From: Methanobacteriota archaeon
Lineage (GTDB): Archaea > Methanobacteriota > Methanobacteria > Methanobacteriales > Methanobacteriaceae
NCBI GenBank assembly: GCA_023430285.1
Contig: JAEZAV010000102.1
Location: 1-59,417, forward strand
Direction: 5' to 3'
DNA length: 59,417 nucleotides
Shown here piece after piece: positions 31,057 through 42,400 of this stretch. Positions within the stretch are counted from its first letter, which is position 1; each line of letters opens with the position of its first letter. The position numbers and the translations under genes are program-made. Below the pieces are notes generated by a model. It searched no databases. It was not told the origin of the DNA and was given only the letters and a program-made list of their open reading frames with translations.

Positions 31057-32082
31057 ATGAAAATCGCAGTCTTTGGAGCCGGAAATCAGGATCTTTATGT
31101 AAATCAATTAAAATTACCGGAGAAGTATGGGGGTGAAGCCCCATATGGCGGAAGTCGAATGGCAATTGAATTTGCAGAAGCAGGGCATGAAGTATACTTA
31201 GCAGAACCTAATCAGGACACATTAACAAGTGATCAATGGGAAACTGTAAGATCAAGTGGAGTCACTGTGTCAGAAAATGATACTGAAACTGCAAAAGAAG
31301 CTGAAATAGCAATTCTTTTCACCCCTTTTGGAAAAAAAACATTCAAAATTGCAAAAGAAATAATTAATCATCTTCCGGAAAATGGAATAATTGCCAACAC
31401 ATGTACTGTCTCCCCCATGGTTTTGTACTATGTTTTAGAGAGAGAAATTAAGCGCAACCATAAAAGTTTGGGTATTTCTTCCATACATCCTGCAGCTGTG
31501 CCTGGGACTCCTCAACACAAACACTACATCGTTGGAGGAAAACCAACTAATGGTGTTAGTTTGGCTACCTCCAGTCAAATACAAAAATGTGAGGATCTGG
31601 TAAAAACTACTGGAAAACAAGTTTATACTGTGCCTGCAGATATATCTTCAGCTGTGGCAGACATGGGATCAATAGTTACTGCAGTTACACTCGCAGGAGT
31701 TTTGGAATACTACCATACAGGAACAAAAATTATCAAAGCTCCTAAAGAGATGGTGGAAAAACAAATATTAATGACACTCCAAACAATGGCATCACTCGTT
31801 GAATCTTCCGGTGTTGAAGGTATGCTGAAAGCAATGGATCCAGATTTAATTGTTAGAAGTGCCACTTCAATGGGTTTATTGGAAAAACAGACCAATTTAG
31901 ATTGTGCTGTGAAAACACTGACCAATATTGATTCAGATCTTTTACACTCCTCTTCAAATGTTGAAGTCAAAAATACTGAATTAGTTGCTGCACAGGCACT
32001 TACCAAAGAATTAAAGAGTTTAATGGGAGAAAAAGCTTCTGAAGGAACTATTAAGAGATGTATGAAAAAAATGTTTGATTGA
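31057..32082 (+). CDS. Hmd paralogue (HmdII/III-type)
   Basis: GAGNQDLY, PYGGSRMAIEFAEAGH, FTPFG, NTCTVSP, HPAAVPGTP. Confidence 0.9.
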   Translation: MKIAVFGAGNQDLYVNQLKLPEKYGGEAPYGGSRMAIEFAEAGHEVYLAEPNQDTLTSDQWETVRSSGVTVSENDTETAKEAEIAILFTPFGKKTFKIAKEIINHLPENGIIANTCTVSPMVLYYVLEREIKRNHKSLGISSIHPAAVPGTPQHKHYIVGGKPTNGVSLATSSQIQKCEDLVKTTGKQVYTVPADISSAVADMGSIVTAVTLAGVLEYYHTGTKIIKAPKEMVEKQILMTLQTMASLVESSGVEGMLKAMDPDLIVRSATSMGLLEKQTNLDCAVKTLTNIDSDLLHSSSNVEVKNTELVAAQALTKELKSLMGEKASEGTIKRCMKKMFD

Positions 32083-32182
32083 TTTTTAAATTTCCAAATT
32101 TATTTTTTTAATTCGATATCCCCATTCCAATTCAAATCTGTATGTTTTAATTATGAGTATTCAACTGGTTTTTAATGGAATA

Positions 32183-32210
32183 GTAATACTAAATTAGTTA
32201 ATTATACTAA
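32183..32210. promoter_or_regulatory. Putative NikR-type dyad upstream of hcgG
   Basis: GTAATAC-N14-ATACTAA, just upstream of TATA-like TTTTAAATA. Confidence 0.45.
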
Positions 32211-32292
32211 CTTTTAAATATCAGCCCATACTTACCATATTTAATCATATTTCTTCGAGACGTATTAATTTCAATTGATTAAAGGTGAAAAT

Positions 32293-33798
32293 ATGTATGA
32301 TTTAGTAAAAAAGGCTGTTAACGATATGGATTCAGCTTTAGAAATTAGTAGATCTAAAATTGATGTAAATGATGTTGTTGACTCAATAAACGAACTTTCA
32401 ACCAATGAAGCAATGAAATTAGGAATGAATTTCAAGAAATTTCCATTGGGCTGTGATCTAACTGAAGTAATTGTTGGCACGTGTGCGTCAGACATAACCA
32501 AAGATGAATTAATAGCCAATTGTATCCTTTCTAACATGTTAGGTGCTTCAATCCATGTCTGTGCCTATGCGTTTGCTGATATAGCTCAAGAAAATAATAT
32601 GAATGGAATTGATTTGATAAAAGAGGTTAGGTCAGTTACAGATGTTCCCATTGATCTGGATCACTTTGGAAAATTTGGTCCAATGCGATTTCCAAAGGAA
32701 ATTGTGAAATGCCCGGGACAATGTTATCTTGAAGGTCCTCCCTTCGAAGAATGTCCTAAAGATAGGATACATTCAAGATTATTAGAAAAAGAAAAGTTGG
32801 ATTTATCTGATCGTGATGAGTGGATTAAATCTTCTTCTTCTGTGGCCATAAATCTCACAAGTGAACAAGGTGGTGAGGATCATGCAGCTCCGATAGAAGA
32901 AGCTGAAGAAATTGCAAAGCTATCCAAAAAATTTGGTAAAGGTTTAGAAGCCATCATGTTTATCGGTGATGGGTATGATGACCTGATAACCGGATTTGAA
33001 AAGGGACTTGAACTGGGAGTCGATATCTTTGTACTCGAAGGAGGCCCATTTAACAGATCAAAATCCCGGCTTGATAGTTTTGCCAAAGCTGTTGCAATGG
33101 CACGTATTTTAGTTCCTGGAAAAATTGTGGCTACTAATGGAGCATATGAAGATGAATGTAGAATAGGGCTTCGAGCCGGGCTTAATGCGATAATTACCGG
33201 TTTTCCAAAAAATCATCATGGTTACATGTGTGGATATTCTCCAGGGACAGCTAAAAAAGGTAATTTTGGACTTCCACGCATTGTTAAAATGATTAAAGAA
33301 GAGTTAGGGCCGGGTTTAATAAATATACCCATTCAAAGAGATGAATTAAAAGCTGTTGCAAGGGCCGTGAAAATATTGGGTCCTGAAAATGTTTATCCTC
33401 AAATGATGGGGAAAAGCACCATTGGTGATGCCCATTGGGCTGTGATGCAGAATACTCCACTTTATGAAGCCGTGGGTGTTGAAAAAACAGTCCATGATAT
33501 TAAAAATATTGTGGATGGAAAAACTGTTGCAATGTTAGGAGGTAGATTTTTATCATGGGGTTTAGCTAAAGAACTCTCAAAGGATTTTGATGAAATAGTG
33601 ATTAGTGATACAGATCCTTGGGTGGAAAAGGTAACTGTAGACACATTGAACCAAGAACTTAGTTCCAATGTTATTAGAGGTAGATCAGATGATGTCAATT
33701 CTGCAAAAATCAGTGACAGCACCATAATAACCTCAACATATCCAGAGTTAGTAAAAAAACTTTCCACAAAAATTGATGGATCTATCACTTTGATTTAA
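32293..33798 (+). CDS. hcgG: FeGP cofactor biosynthesis radical SAM-type protein HcgG (HmdC)
   Basis: FPLGCDLTE, DLDHFG, CPGQCY...CP..RIH, EGGPFNR, NHHGYMCGY. AGGTGA RBS precedes ATG 32293. Confidence 0.9.
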   Translation: MYDLVKKAVNDMDSALEISRSKIDVNDVVDSINELSTNEAMKLGMNFKKFPLGCDLTEVIVGTCASDITKDELIANCILSNMLGASIHVCAYAFADIAQENNMNGIDLIKEVRSVTDVPIDLDHFGKFGPMRFPKEIVKCPGQCYLEGPPFEECPKDRIHSRLLEKEKLDLSDRDEWIKSSSSVAINLTSEQGGEDHAAPIEEAEEIAKLSKKFGKGLEAIMFIGDGYDDLITGFEKGLELGVDIFVLEGGPFNRSKSRLDSFAKAVAMARILVPGKIVATNGAYEDECRIGLRAGLNAIITGFPKNHHGYMCGYSPGTAKKGNFGLPRIVKMIKEELGPGLINIPIQRDELKAVARAVKILGPENVYPQMMGKSTIGDAHWAVMQNTPLYEAVGVEKTVHDIKNIVDGKTVAMLGGRFLSWGLAKELSKDFDEIVISDTDPWVEKVTVDTLNQELSSNVIRGRSDDVNSAKISDSTIITSTYPELVKKLSTKIDGSITLI

Positions 33799-33991
33799 GA
33801 TAGATAATTAAAAAAAAGTAACAGTTAATTTTAATTTACTTTTTTTACTGAAAATATTAGGTTCAATAGGGTTACAATGATAACAAGAGGTTCTAGTGCT
33901 AGATTATAAAGTTTATATGGATTCAAAGAGTGTTAATAGGCATGAATAATCTCTGTACTTCTCTGTTTTAATCTTTAATTCATTTCAAAAT

Positions 33992-34396
33992 TCAGATATT
34001 CATTCCAGCATTTACAAATTCATATTCATTAAGATTTTTGCTCCCAATTCTTTTGTAAAAATCTTCCCCAGAAAGATCATTTAATTCTTCCGATTCCATA
34101 TCTCCTTTTGATTGTAGGCCTAATATGAAATATTTAAAATAAGATCCCAATTTATCTTTTATCCAATATCCTCTCCCAATTTGTATTAGTTCAGTTTCAT
34201 CAAACTCTTCAGTTAAATCATTTATTTTAGTCATTAACCGTCCCGTTGGATATTTGTATGTTCCCATTTCTATAGCAGTTTCAATTTCTAATGGCACTCC
34301 CAATTTTTGTGCTAGTTCTCTCTGTGTGTTTCCAGTATGTTTTCTATACCCTAAAATCAAGTACTTCAAGTCCCAATGAAATTCCATTTTATCCAT
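33992..34396 (-). CDS. XRE-family helix-turn-helix protein
   Basis: YRKHTGNTQRELAQKLGV..ETAIEMG...P. GGAG RBS precedes ATG 34396. A GTATTAC half-site lies upstream at 34464. Confidence 0.65.
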   Translation of the reverse strand: MDKMEFHWDLKYLILGYRKHTGNTQRELAQKLGVPLEIETAIEMGTYKYPTGRLMTKINDLTEEFDETELIQIGRGYWIKDKLGSYFKYFILGLQSKGDMESEELNDLSGEDFYKRIGSKNLNEYEFVNAGMNI

Positions 34397-34684
34397 TTTT
34401 TCATCTCCCACTTTTATTATATAATGTATGATCATTGATTCATAAATAATTTTATTGATAAAAGTATTACTATGATCCGAGCTCTAGACATCATATTATT
34501 ATTATTTGAAAAGGATTAGAAAGAAGTGACAAAATGCACCAAATATTGATTCAAACAATTAATTGACGATCCCACAGATTTAATTCAATTTGAGTATGCT
34601 ACCACATGGTAAAAATTAGATATAACTATCCACAATAGATTCTAAAGAAAAAAATGAGGTTGAATATTAAAAAGATGTTATAAA

Positions 34685-35026
34685 TCAACCCGAACCTTGT
34701 ACCATTATGAGTTTACCAGTGTTTGGATCTTTGTAAACTTTTCCCATTTCAGCGTATCCCGACCCAGACCCGGACTCTGATTGGGGTGTTTCATTTAATT
34801 CCTGACCCATGTTAACCTGTACTGTTTGCTGTACAGTTTTGATAATTTCTTGCTTTTCCTGAGGAGATGCTGAGCTAAAAACAACATTTTGCATACCCGT
34901 TGACATTACACTGAAAATTAAAAATCCCACAGCCAGTACTAACATACAATCAACCATGTTGACTGCATAAGCCATGGGATCAATTTCTTCATTAGAAGAC
35001 AGTGGTCTGCGCTTTCGTCTTACCAT
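34685..35026 (-). CDS. DUF2149 protein (HmuV-like)
   Basis: DPMAYAVNMVDCMLVLAVG and GSGSG...MGKVYKDPNTGKLIMV. Confidence 0.85.
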   Translation of the reverse strand: MVRRKRRPLSSNEEIDPMAYAVNMVDCMLVLAVGFLIFSVMSTGMQNVVFSSASPQEKQEIIKTVQQTVQVNMGQELNETPQSESGSGSGYAEMGKVYKDPNTGKLIMVQGSG

Positions 35027-35663
35027 TTTCAACAACCTCCAAAATTGAATCAACCAAAGTATCTAAATTAGACAGTTGATTTTCATACCATCTTCTCCTA
35101 ATTCTAGATACTGTAAATGCTATAGCAGCTGCAGCCAATCCAATTATTGCTGCATCAAATGCAACCATTAAATTTTGTGCCAATATATCAATATTGCCTG
35201 CTCCTAATGCAGCCAGTCCAGGCCCTAACGGAATTAAAGTACCCATCAACCCAACTGCAGGCCCTACTTTTGCAACGATATCTGTCTTTTCAATACCTTT
35301 AGCTGCTCTAAACTCCTCTCCTTCTATTAAATTTCTTGCAAATGCTTCCCTAGATTTTACACCCACATCAATATTGAATGCTATTTCATTCAAAATTTCT
35401 TTATGTCTATTGGGCAAGTTAGCCCCATCAATAACTGTTTTCATCTGCTCAGGAGTTTCTTGCGTTGATATGATTTTGATTATTCTTCCAATTTCCTTTG
35501 AATCTGTTCTTATTCTACTAGAATGTTCAGATATTAAACCTCCTGCCTGAATAATTGCATAAGCCATGATTACAAGAAGTATAACTATAATTGGTAACAA
35601 CAAACTCTGTGCCACCACATGTAAAGAACCATTTAAAATTTCACTGCCCGGTATCGTAGTCAT
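34992..35663 (-). CDS. MotA/TolQ/ExbB proton-channel family protein (HmuU-like)
   Basis: GPAVGLMGTLIPLGPGL..L..G...LA..L.VAFD. Confidence 0.85.
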   Translation of the reverse strand: MTTIPGSEILNGSLHVVAQSLLLPIIVILLVIMAYAIIQAGGLISEHSSRIRTDSKEIGRIIKIISTQETPEQMKTVIDGANLPNRHKEILNEIAFNIDVGVKSREAFARNLIEGEEFRAAKGIEKTDIVAKVGPAVGLMGTLIPLGPGLAALGAGNIDILAQNLMVAFDAAIIGLAAAAIAFTVSRIRRRWYENQLSNLDTLVDSILEVVENGKTKAQTTVF

Positions 35664-35675
35664 ATATTTCACCTT

Positions 35676-36380
35676 TTAATTAATTAAAGAACTGTATCTC
35701 TTTGAAGTGTAAATTCCAATTGTTAACAAAACGATTAACGAAATCACTGCATACATAAGCAAATTTACAGAAGTGATTGTCATGGGATTCAATTTTGATG
35801 ACATTGTTGTTGCAATGTTGGGGATTACAATTGCCGAAGCCAAAAAATAAAATCCAACAAACAACATGAAATTTCCCAATAATACTGGATACGGCTTTTT
35901 AACGATTTTAACGATGGCTCCCGAAGCCAAATAGAACACTGCTATGGTTATTGTTAGAAAAACTGCTGCATACTTTCCAATTGCTATTGATGATGCACCT
36001 ATAAATGGTGATGCCAACACAATTGCAGCAATTACCGCACCAAAACAACATGGACATGGAGCTATCATTGCCATGCATGATGCGGATGCATGATTTTTTT
36101 GGTGCATTTTCCATTCCTTCAATGTGTGAAATCCTGCGTAGATTATCACGAGGGCCATGGCCAAAAATATTACAAAATTGTAATCGTATACAACTTTGTA
36201 GATCAATTCATTTTGTCCTGAAATTACCGCAGAAAGTATTAATATCCCCATACCGTATCCTACAGCAATTAATGCCGCAAATTTTTTTGATAAACCTGCA
36301 AATCCACTTGCTAAACCAATTTTTACACCAAACACAAGAACTGCAGAGAGTATTCCCATTTGCCATAATAATTCCAACAT
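35676..36380 (-). CDS. DUF2162 predicted transporter (HmuT-like)
   Basis: FGVKIGLA, PCPCC, LGNFML..G.YF; multiple TM helices. Confidence 0.8.
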   Translation of the reverse strand: MLELLWQMGILSAVLVFGVKIGLASGFAGLSKKFAALIAVGYGMGILILSAVISGQNELIYKVVYDYNFVIFLAMALVIIYAGFHTLKEWKMHQKNHASASCMAMIAPCPCCFGAVIAAIVLASPFIGASSIAIGKYAAVFLTITIAVFYLASGAIVKIVKKPYPVLLGNFMLFVGFYFLASAIVIPNIATTMSSKLNPMTITSVNLLMYAVISLIVLLTIGIYTSKRYSSLIN

Positions 36381-36418
36381 TTTATCACTCTATCCCATTT
36401 ATTCGTATTTATTCCAAA

Positions 36419-39400
36419 TTATTGAGGTTTACTTCTAAAGTAGCCCCATCCAAGTAGACCTACCACAGCTATTACTCCCAATATTGCGTAAATTGGCATT
36501 CCAGTCTGTGAAGAGGAGTTTTGTTTATTTTGAGGATTTATTTCGTAGGCTTTTCCACTTTCAGAAGATGCTTGATCTGAATCAGATTTTCCTGAATCCT
36601 CCCCCGGACCTGCTGTGCTTGATGACTGAGATTGACTATTGCTACTACTGCTTGATTGCTCACTCTGACTTTGTGTCTGAGATTGTTGAGAATTAGATTG
36701 CTGTTGAGATACTGTTCCAAAAGCAGAGTTTTGAGTTGCACTGTAGAGCTGTTGATTAAATTGAGCGAGAATATCGGGATTAACAAATTGAGTTGCCCAT
36801 TTCAACATTGCAACGTTACCACAACTACAATCACAACAAGCCACACCATGCGCAATAACCATCTGTGCCAACGAATTTGCTACAACTTTAAGATCTGCGT
36901 TACTTGCCTTCCATTGTCCATTGTAAGCTGCTGTAAGCAACGTTCCAGACATACTAATCTTAGCATAAGCATTGTTGCCGTTTTCAAGGAATTTATCCAC
37001 ACCTAAATTGTTTTTATCCTTGTAGTAAGTATCCACAATTTGATGCCACATTGCATTTGAGACTGCACTAGGTCTTGTGACTTGCCACCCATATAGGTTA
37101 GAAACAAATTTTGACATGTAACTGGCACCAACATAACCACTGCCCATCATTCCCTTAATCCACTGAGGATTGAAGTAGCGAGTATTTAATTCCCTATTCA
37201 AATACTGAGAAATAGTTTGAGATGTGGGATCAATTCCATTACCGTATTTTAATACGTACATGTTTGGAGTTTTGCCATTGACCCTGTTGAGCGCCATTGA
37301 AAGACCTCCCCAGTAATCAAAGAAATCATCATTATCCACGATTCCATAGAGATTAGTGTTTCTGGTCGTGTACATAGTTGAGATTCCGTTGAGAGATCTT
37401 TTAAATGCGTCTGTACTCAGTTCACCCCACATCGTATCAGAGTAGATGTGTCCCATTCTGTTTAAATAATTGTTAGCTAGTTCAGCTGAATTTTTCCATG
37501 TCCAGCTCATTCTTACTGATTGAGCTATATTTGCACCGTAATCGTTTTCTGGTGGTGCGAAAATCCTTGATATTGCCAGATCCCCTGCTTTCGTTGTGTT
37601 CATTCCCTTGGAAAGATAATATTGGAAGTCTTGTACCCAGTCATATGCAACGTAATTATCATTCAATGATTCATCGCCCAGTCCATAGTAGCCAATGTCG
37701 GACATTATGTGATTTAAAGCTGTTTTAACCTTAGTACCATATTTAGCATTCAATTTTTTGTCTTCTAAAATGGTGTAGTAAGATCGTCCTAAAGCTATTT
37801 TAAATGCCTTATCTATGAGCCCCACCTGCCGGCTGTAAAGATCTCGGAAATTTCCATCTATTACAACCACCACATCTATCCTTTTTTTTGTCCATCCTGC
37901 AGGTCTAACTAAATCCGATAATGAAGTATACACCGGCATTTCTTGAAGTTTAGCACCTCCTGATCCTGCACTTGGAGAATCTGTCCATTGAGGAGCCATG
38001 CCCAAGAGACGTAGAATCATGGATACAAGTTCCCCATCATCCCTCGCTGTTTCAACATCCCACAATCCAATAGCAATTTTTTTTACCTTTGAGTTTAGAT
38101 TTTTGAGTGTTGTGAGTGTGAGGGTCTGCGATTTTATATATGCATCTAGGGTGGGGATTTCTGCTGCTTGATCTTGATAGAAATTCTTACCTGTAGGTAA
38201 TGCATCAGGATTGTTTATTGGATCATTAGCCAAGCCCGGAGGTATATATCCTCCATTGAGGGCATTTATAAAGCTCTTTACTTCCCCATCTACACTTTCA
38301 TTAATTTTTTTAGAGTATTCCTTTGCACTTTGAAGCAATGATTTAAGATTTTTAGATGGTTTTTTTGTGAGCTTATTCAAAACAACATCAATATCCTGAT
38401 GTAACAATTCTTTGACAATTTTAATACATTTACTTTGGATTTCATTCTGTTGAGCTGCATTTAAAGAAGAATAAGACTTTCCCTTCAATAAAAGTGCTAC
38501 CTCATTTTGTAAGCTGGTTGTTTTAATTCCACTAGTAGGAATCTGTTTTGGAACAGAAAGTATTGAAGTTACCAACAATGCTATTTGATCATCGGACCAT
38601 TTTTTACCAATTACATCCACCCCATCTGGATAAAATGTGTTGGAAACGTCTGATAGATACTTGTTTACTGCAGAAATAAGGCATGATTGTGAAATATTCT
38701 TTAAATTGATTCCAATGTCCGCTGCCAAATTGTTTTCGGTTATAACTTTTTTTATTTTAGTTATAATTGTCTGTTTTTTATTTGAATCTGCACCATCGTA
38801 GTCTTCCACCAGACTTTCAAGATCAGACATTCCCCCGTAGAGTTGTGTGAATCCCATTGGTGGAGTTAAATGATCTATTATTACTGCAGATCCTCTTCTT
38901 TTTGCTGTTATTCCTTCTGAAAGTCCGTCCATAATATAGAAGTAGGTTTGCGGCACACCACCAGTCACAATATTTGTGAAATCATCAGCTTCAGGCAGCA
39001 CTTCCTTTCCAGGTAACCACTCATGAGTAGCATGTCTACCCATATAAACCATTGAATCATATCCCTGCTGCTGTAGGTAAGCATAAAATGCTAGGTACTG
39101 ATAATGTGGAGGTACAACACTGTTATGGTAGAGTTGATCAGCATTACCTTCCCATCCTCGCTGGGGTTCCGGAGCAATCAGTGTGTTACCAAACTGTATT
39201 CCTGGCAAAACAAAATATTTTTTACCATTTTTGGTAACAGTCATAATACTTCCAGGAAAAGCCCCCCAACCCGACATTCCATCAATTTTAAGGGCTAAAA
39301 ATTGGGATTTATATTTCAAATACTGTAAATAATATTTATTATTCTTAGTTTTAACATAAGCCTTCAAAGCATTGACTATATTTTGAAGAATAGGCTTTGA

Positions 39401-42400
39401 TTTGTTGATGTTCTTTGCTGGAAGTAATGCTGTTATTTGAGAATTCCAAGAATCAATCTTAGTATCCATGTCATCGGTGCATCCTAATTTAACTGATCTT
39501 TTACACATTTCACCTATATATGCAACTGGTCCCTGTGTAATATCCAATTTGGCTAGATCATCCAACTGATTGAACCACTTTAAGAAATCAGTTACCGGAT
39601 ACAATATAACTCCTGGTATATTTGCCAATTTATTTAGTTCAGTTTGATTTAACTTGGAAAAATCTATTTTGTAGGTATTATTCTTTTGATAGGCTTTCAT
39701 TTCATCCAAAAGTGAATTATTGTTATTTGCTAATTTATTAACCAGCCCCGGAGCCCATTTTGCGATGTTAGTTCCTTGAGCCATCATTTCATCAAGAAGA
39801 AGTAATTCGTTGGTAGGTATATTTTTAACATTGTATCCATTTTTCTTCATGACGTAGAGAAGATTGTAAATACTCTGTACAGGATCAAGGTAGCTTGCTG
39901 CAATATTCTGTTTTCCTGGAGGGTAGTTGTAGTAAATGAGTGCAATTTTTTTATTTGAATTGGAAATGTATTTTAACTGTGTCCAACCATTCAGGGTTTT
40001 TCCAAGCAATTTAATGTTAGGGGTATACGGAATATAACCCTGAACTTTTGCACCAGTAGCAGGGTCCAATGTGACTCCCTGGCCTCCTACAAATATTGGT
40101 GATACAATTCCCTGGGCTTCCAAAATAGCTATATGCCACCATTTATCTCCTGCTATATTTCTTAGTCCACTGCTTCCCAGTTCGTATTGAGCATTAGATT
40201 CGTAATCAGAATGTACGGCTGCTATAACTGGAACATTTACTGCTTTAAAAAACTGGGTTAACTTACTAAAATCGTTGCCTCCCAACCCATATGCAGTCAT
40301 GTCCACAATGCCATCCACATTTATTTTGTACTGGGATTGATTTTTTATGAAGCTATTAAATTGAGTTGCATTGGTAAATGTTCTTAACATTACTTCTAGT
40401 TGATCAGAAGATCCTCCATATGCCACAATAGGAATTACATTGATGTTCCGTGATTCCAAATCCCTAATAATTGCATTATATGGCATCAATTGATTTGAAT
40501 TAACGTATTTTGTACTTTCAAGAAGGCCTACCGTTGGTCTTCCGGAATGGAAATAATATTTCTTATAGTTATCCAAACCCGAGTGCCATTTTCCTTTATT
40601 ATCAATATATGAAAACCATCCATTCCTGTAAATTCCATAAACTGGATCTTTTATATCCTTTGGAGGGTTTGCAAATGTTGTATTGAACCCTAAATAGCTC
40701 AATGACCACATTAGTTGATTTAAACATTGTTTAGTCGTGTATATATCTTTGTAAAGAACTGCCCTGTTGTATTCTGAAGGAAAATTTGAAGAATTCTTTA
40801 CGTAGTTTACTACGGTTTTATAACTGGTTCCTAATGCTGTATTTTTTAAGTAATTTGAAAGATTGGTGGATGTGATGTTCTGTAATATACTAACACCCCC
40901 AATTTTTGAGTATTTCATTAATCCAACGTAGTCTGTTTGTGGTTCTAGAACGAGAAATATTTGTTTCTTTGCAATTTCAGGATGTTTCTTTAAAATATTC
41001 GTGATTCTAGTCGATAGTTTAGTGCTTAACCAGTTAGCCATGAAAATGTCACATTTTTTTAAACAAGTTTCTAACTCTGTGTCGGACATGGTCTGAATTT
41101 GTGAGTTTGATTTGAGGTTTATTGCAACGTTATTGTATTTGTTGATCACAGAGTTTGCCGCTGTGTTCATAATATTAGTACCAGGATCATCTGTTATTAG
41201 GAACATGCTAACAGAATGCAAATTTTTTATTGACTGTACGGATTTTAATTCGTTATTTGATTCATTAAGTTCCGTTATTGATTTATTTGGATCTACCTTT
41301 GCCATGAGGGTATGTTTGCCGTAGGACTTGGGCATCCAATTAAATTTTAGGGCATAATTGCCGTTTACTGCTAAACTCTTGATGGTTTGTTTCCCTATTT
41401 GAATTCCATCAACATATAAACCTACAATAAATGATCCAGATTTTATATTACCTTTGTTAGCGATTTTAACAGAAATAGAATAATTTTTATTGATCTTCAA
41501 ATTATCGGGTACTACAATAGTTTTTGGGTATAAATCAGGACATTTGCTTGTAATTATTTTGAAAGACGAAACATATCCATTATTAGATTCGTTGCTTTCA
41601 TTAATTACATTTTCATTATCAACAGTTAAATTAAGGATTACATTCCCATTTTTTGTTGGTTTATAGCCAGTAAATATAATTTTCGTGCTTGTTCCTGAAG
41701 CTAATCCAGATATCTGTTGCGCAGTATTGTAGTTCCCTAATTTAAGCAGAAGTTTGAAGGGCCCTGCAGAGCCTGTTCCTTGATTTTTTATGGTGGCAGT
41801 CACAGTATTTTTATTATCTGAGTAAAATTTGCCCTTGAGATCATTGTTGTTACCAGAGTTTACTGATACGTTTGATACAATTAAATCCGGAGTGTTTATG
41901 GAGTTTTTAGTATAATTTACGGATAGAATTGCTAGGATGATTTTGTAGTAATCGCCTGATCGCTGATACGTCATTGTATTTATTGTGTCAGCATTGCATG
42001 TTCGGGTAACATTCCATTTGTCCATCCCAGAATAACTACCTTGATTGTTTGATCCCGACCCAGGGTAGATGTTGCCGTTGAATGTATAGATACCATCTGT
42101 GCTGGATAGGTGGATTACATTAAGGCTTGCATCTTTGACTTTATTGCCAGTGGGCAGTTTACTAAATTTTGTTGAACCCACATAATCCTCTGTGTTTGCA
42201 ACATCATGCCCCTGATTTATCCAATATGCAATTTTATTGGAACTTCCATTGTTGTAAGCCACGACTAAGGATATTAATTTAATACGTCCATCAAAATCAT
42301 GGGGATCAGTGAATATGTTTGCAGTGTTGTTCTCTTTTATGCTATTTGTTACATCGTACCATAACAGATAATCACTGGTTACCCTGTTACAATGATCATT

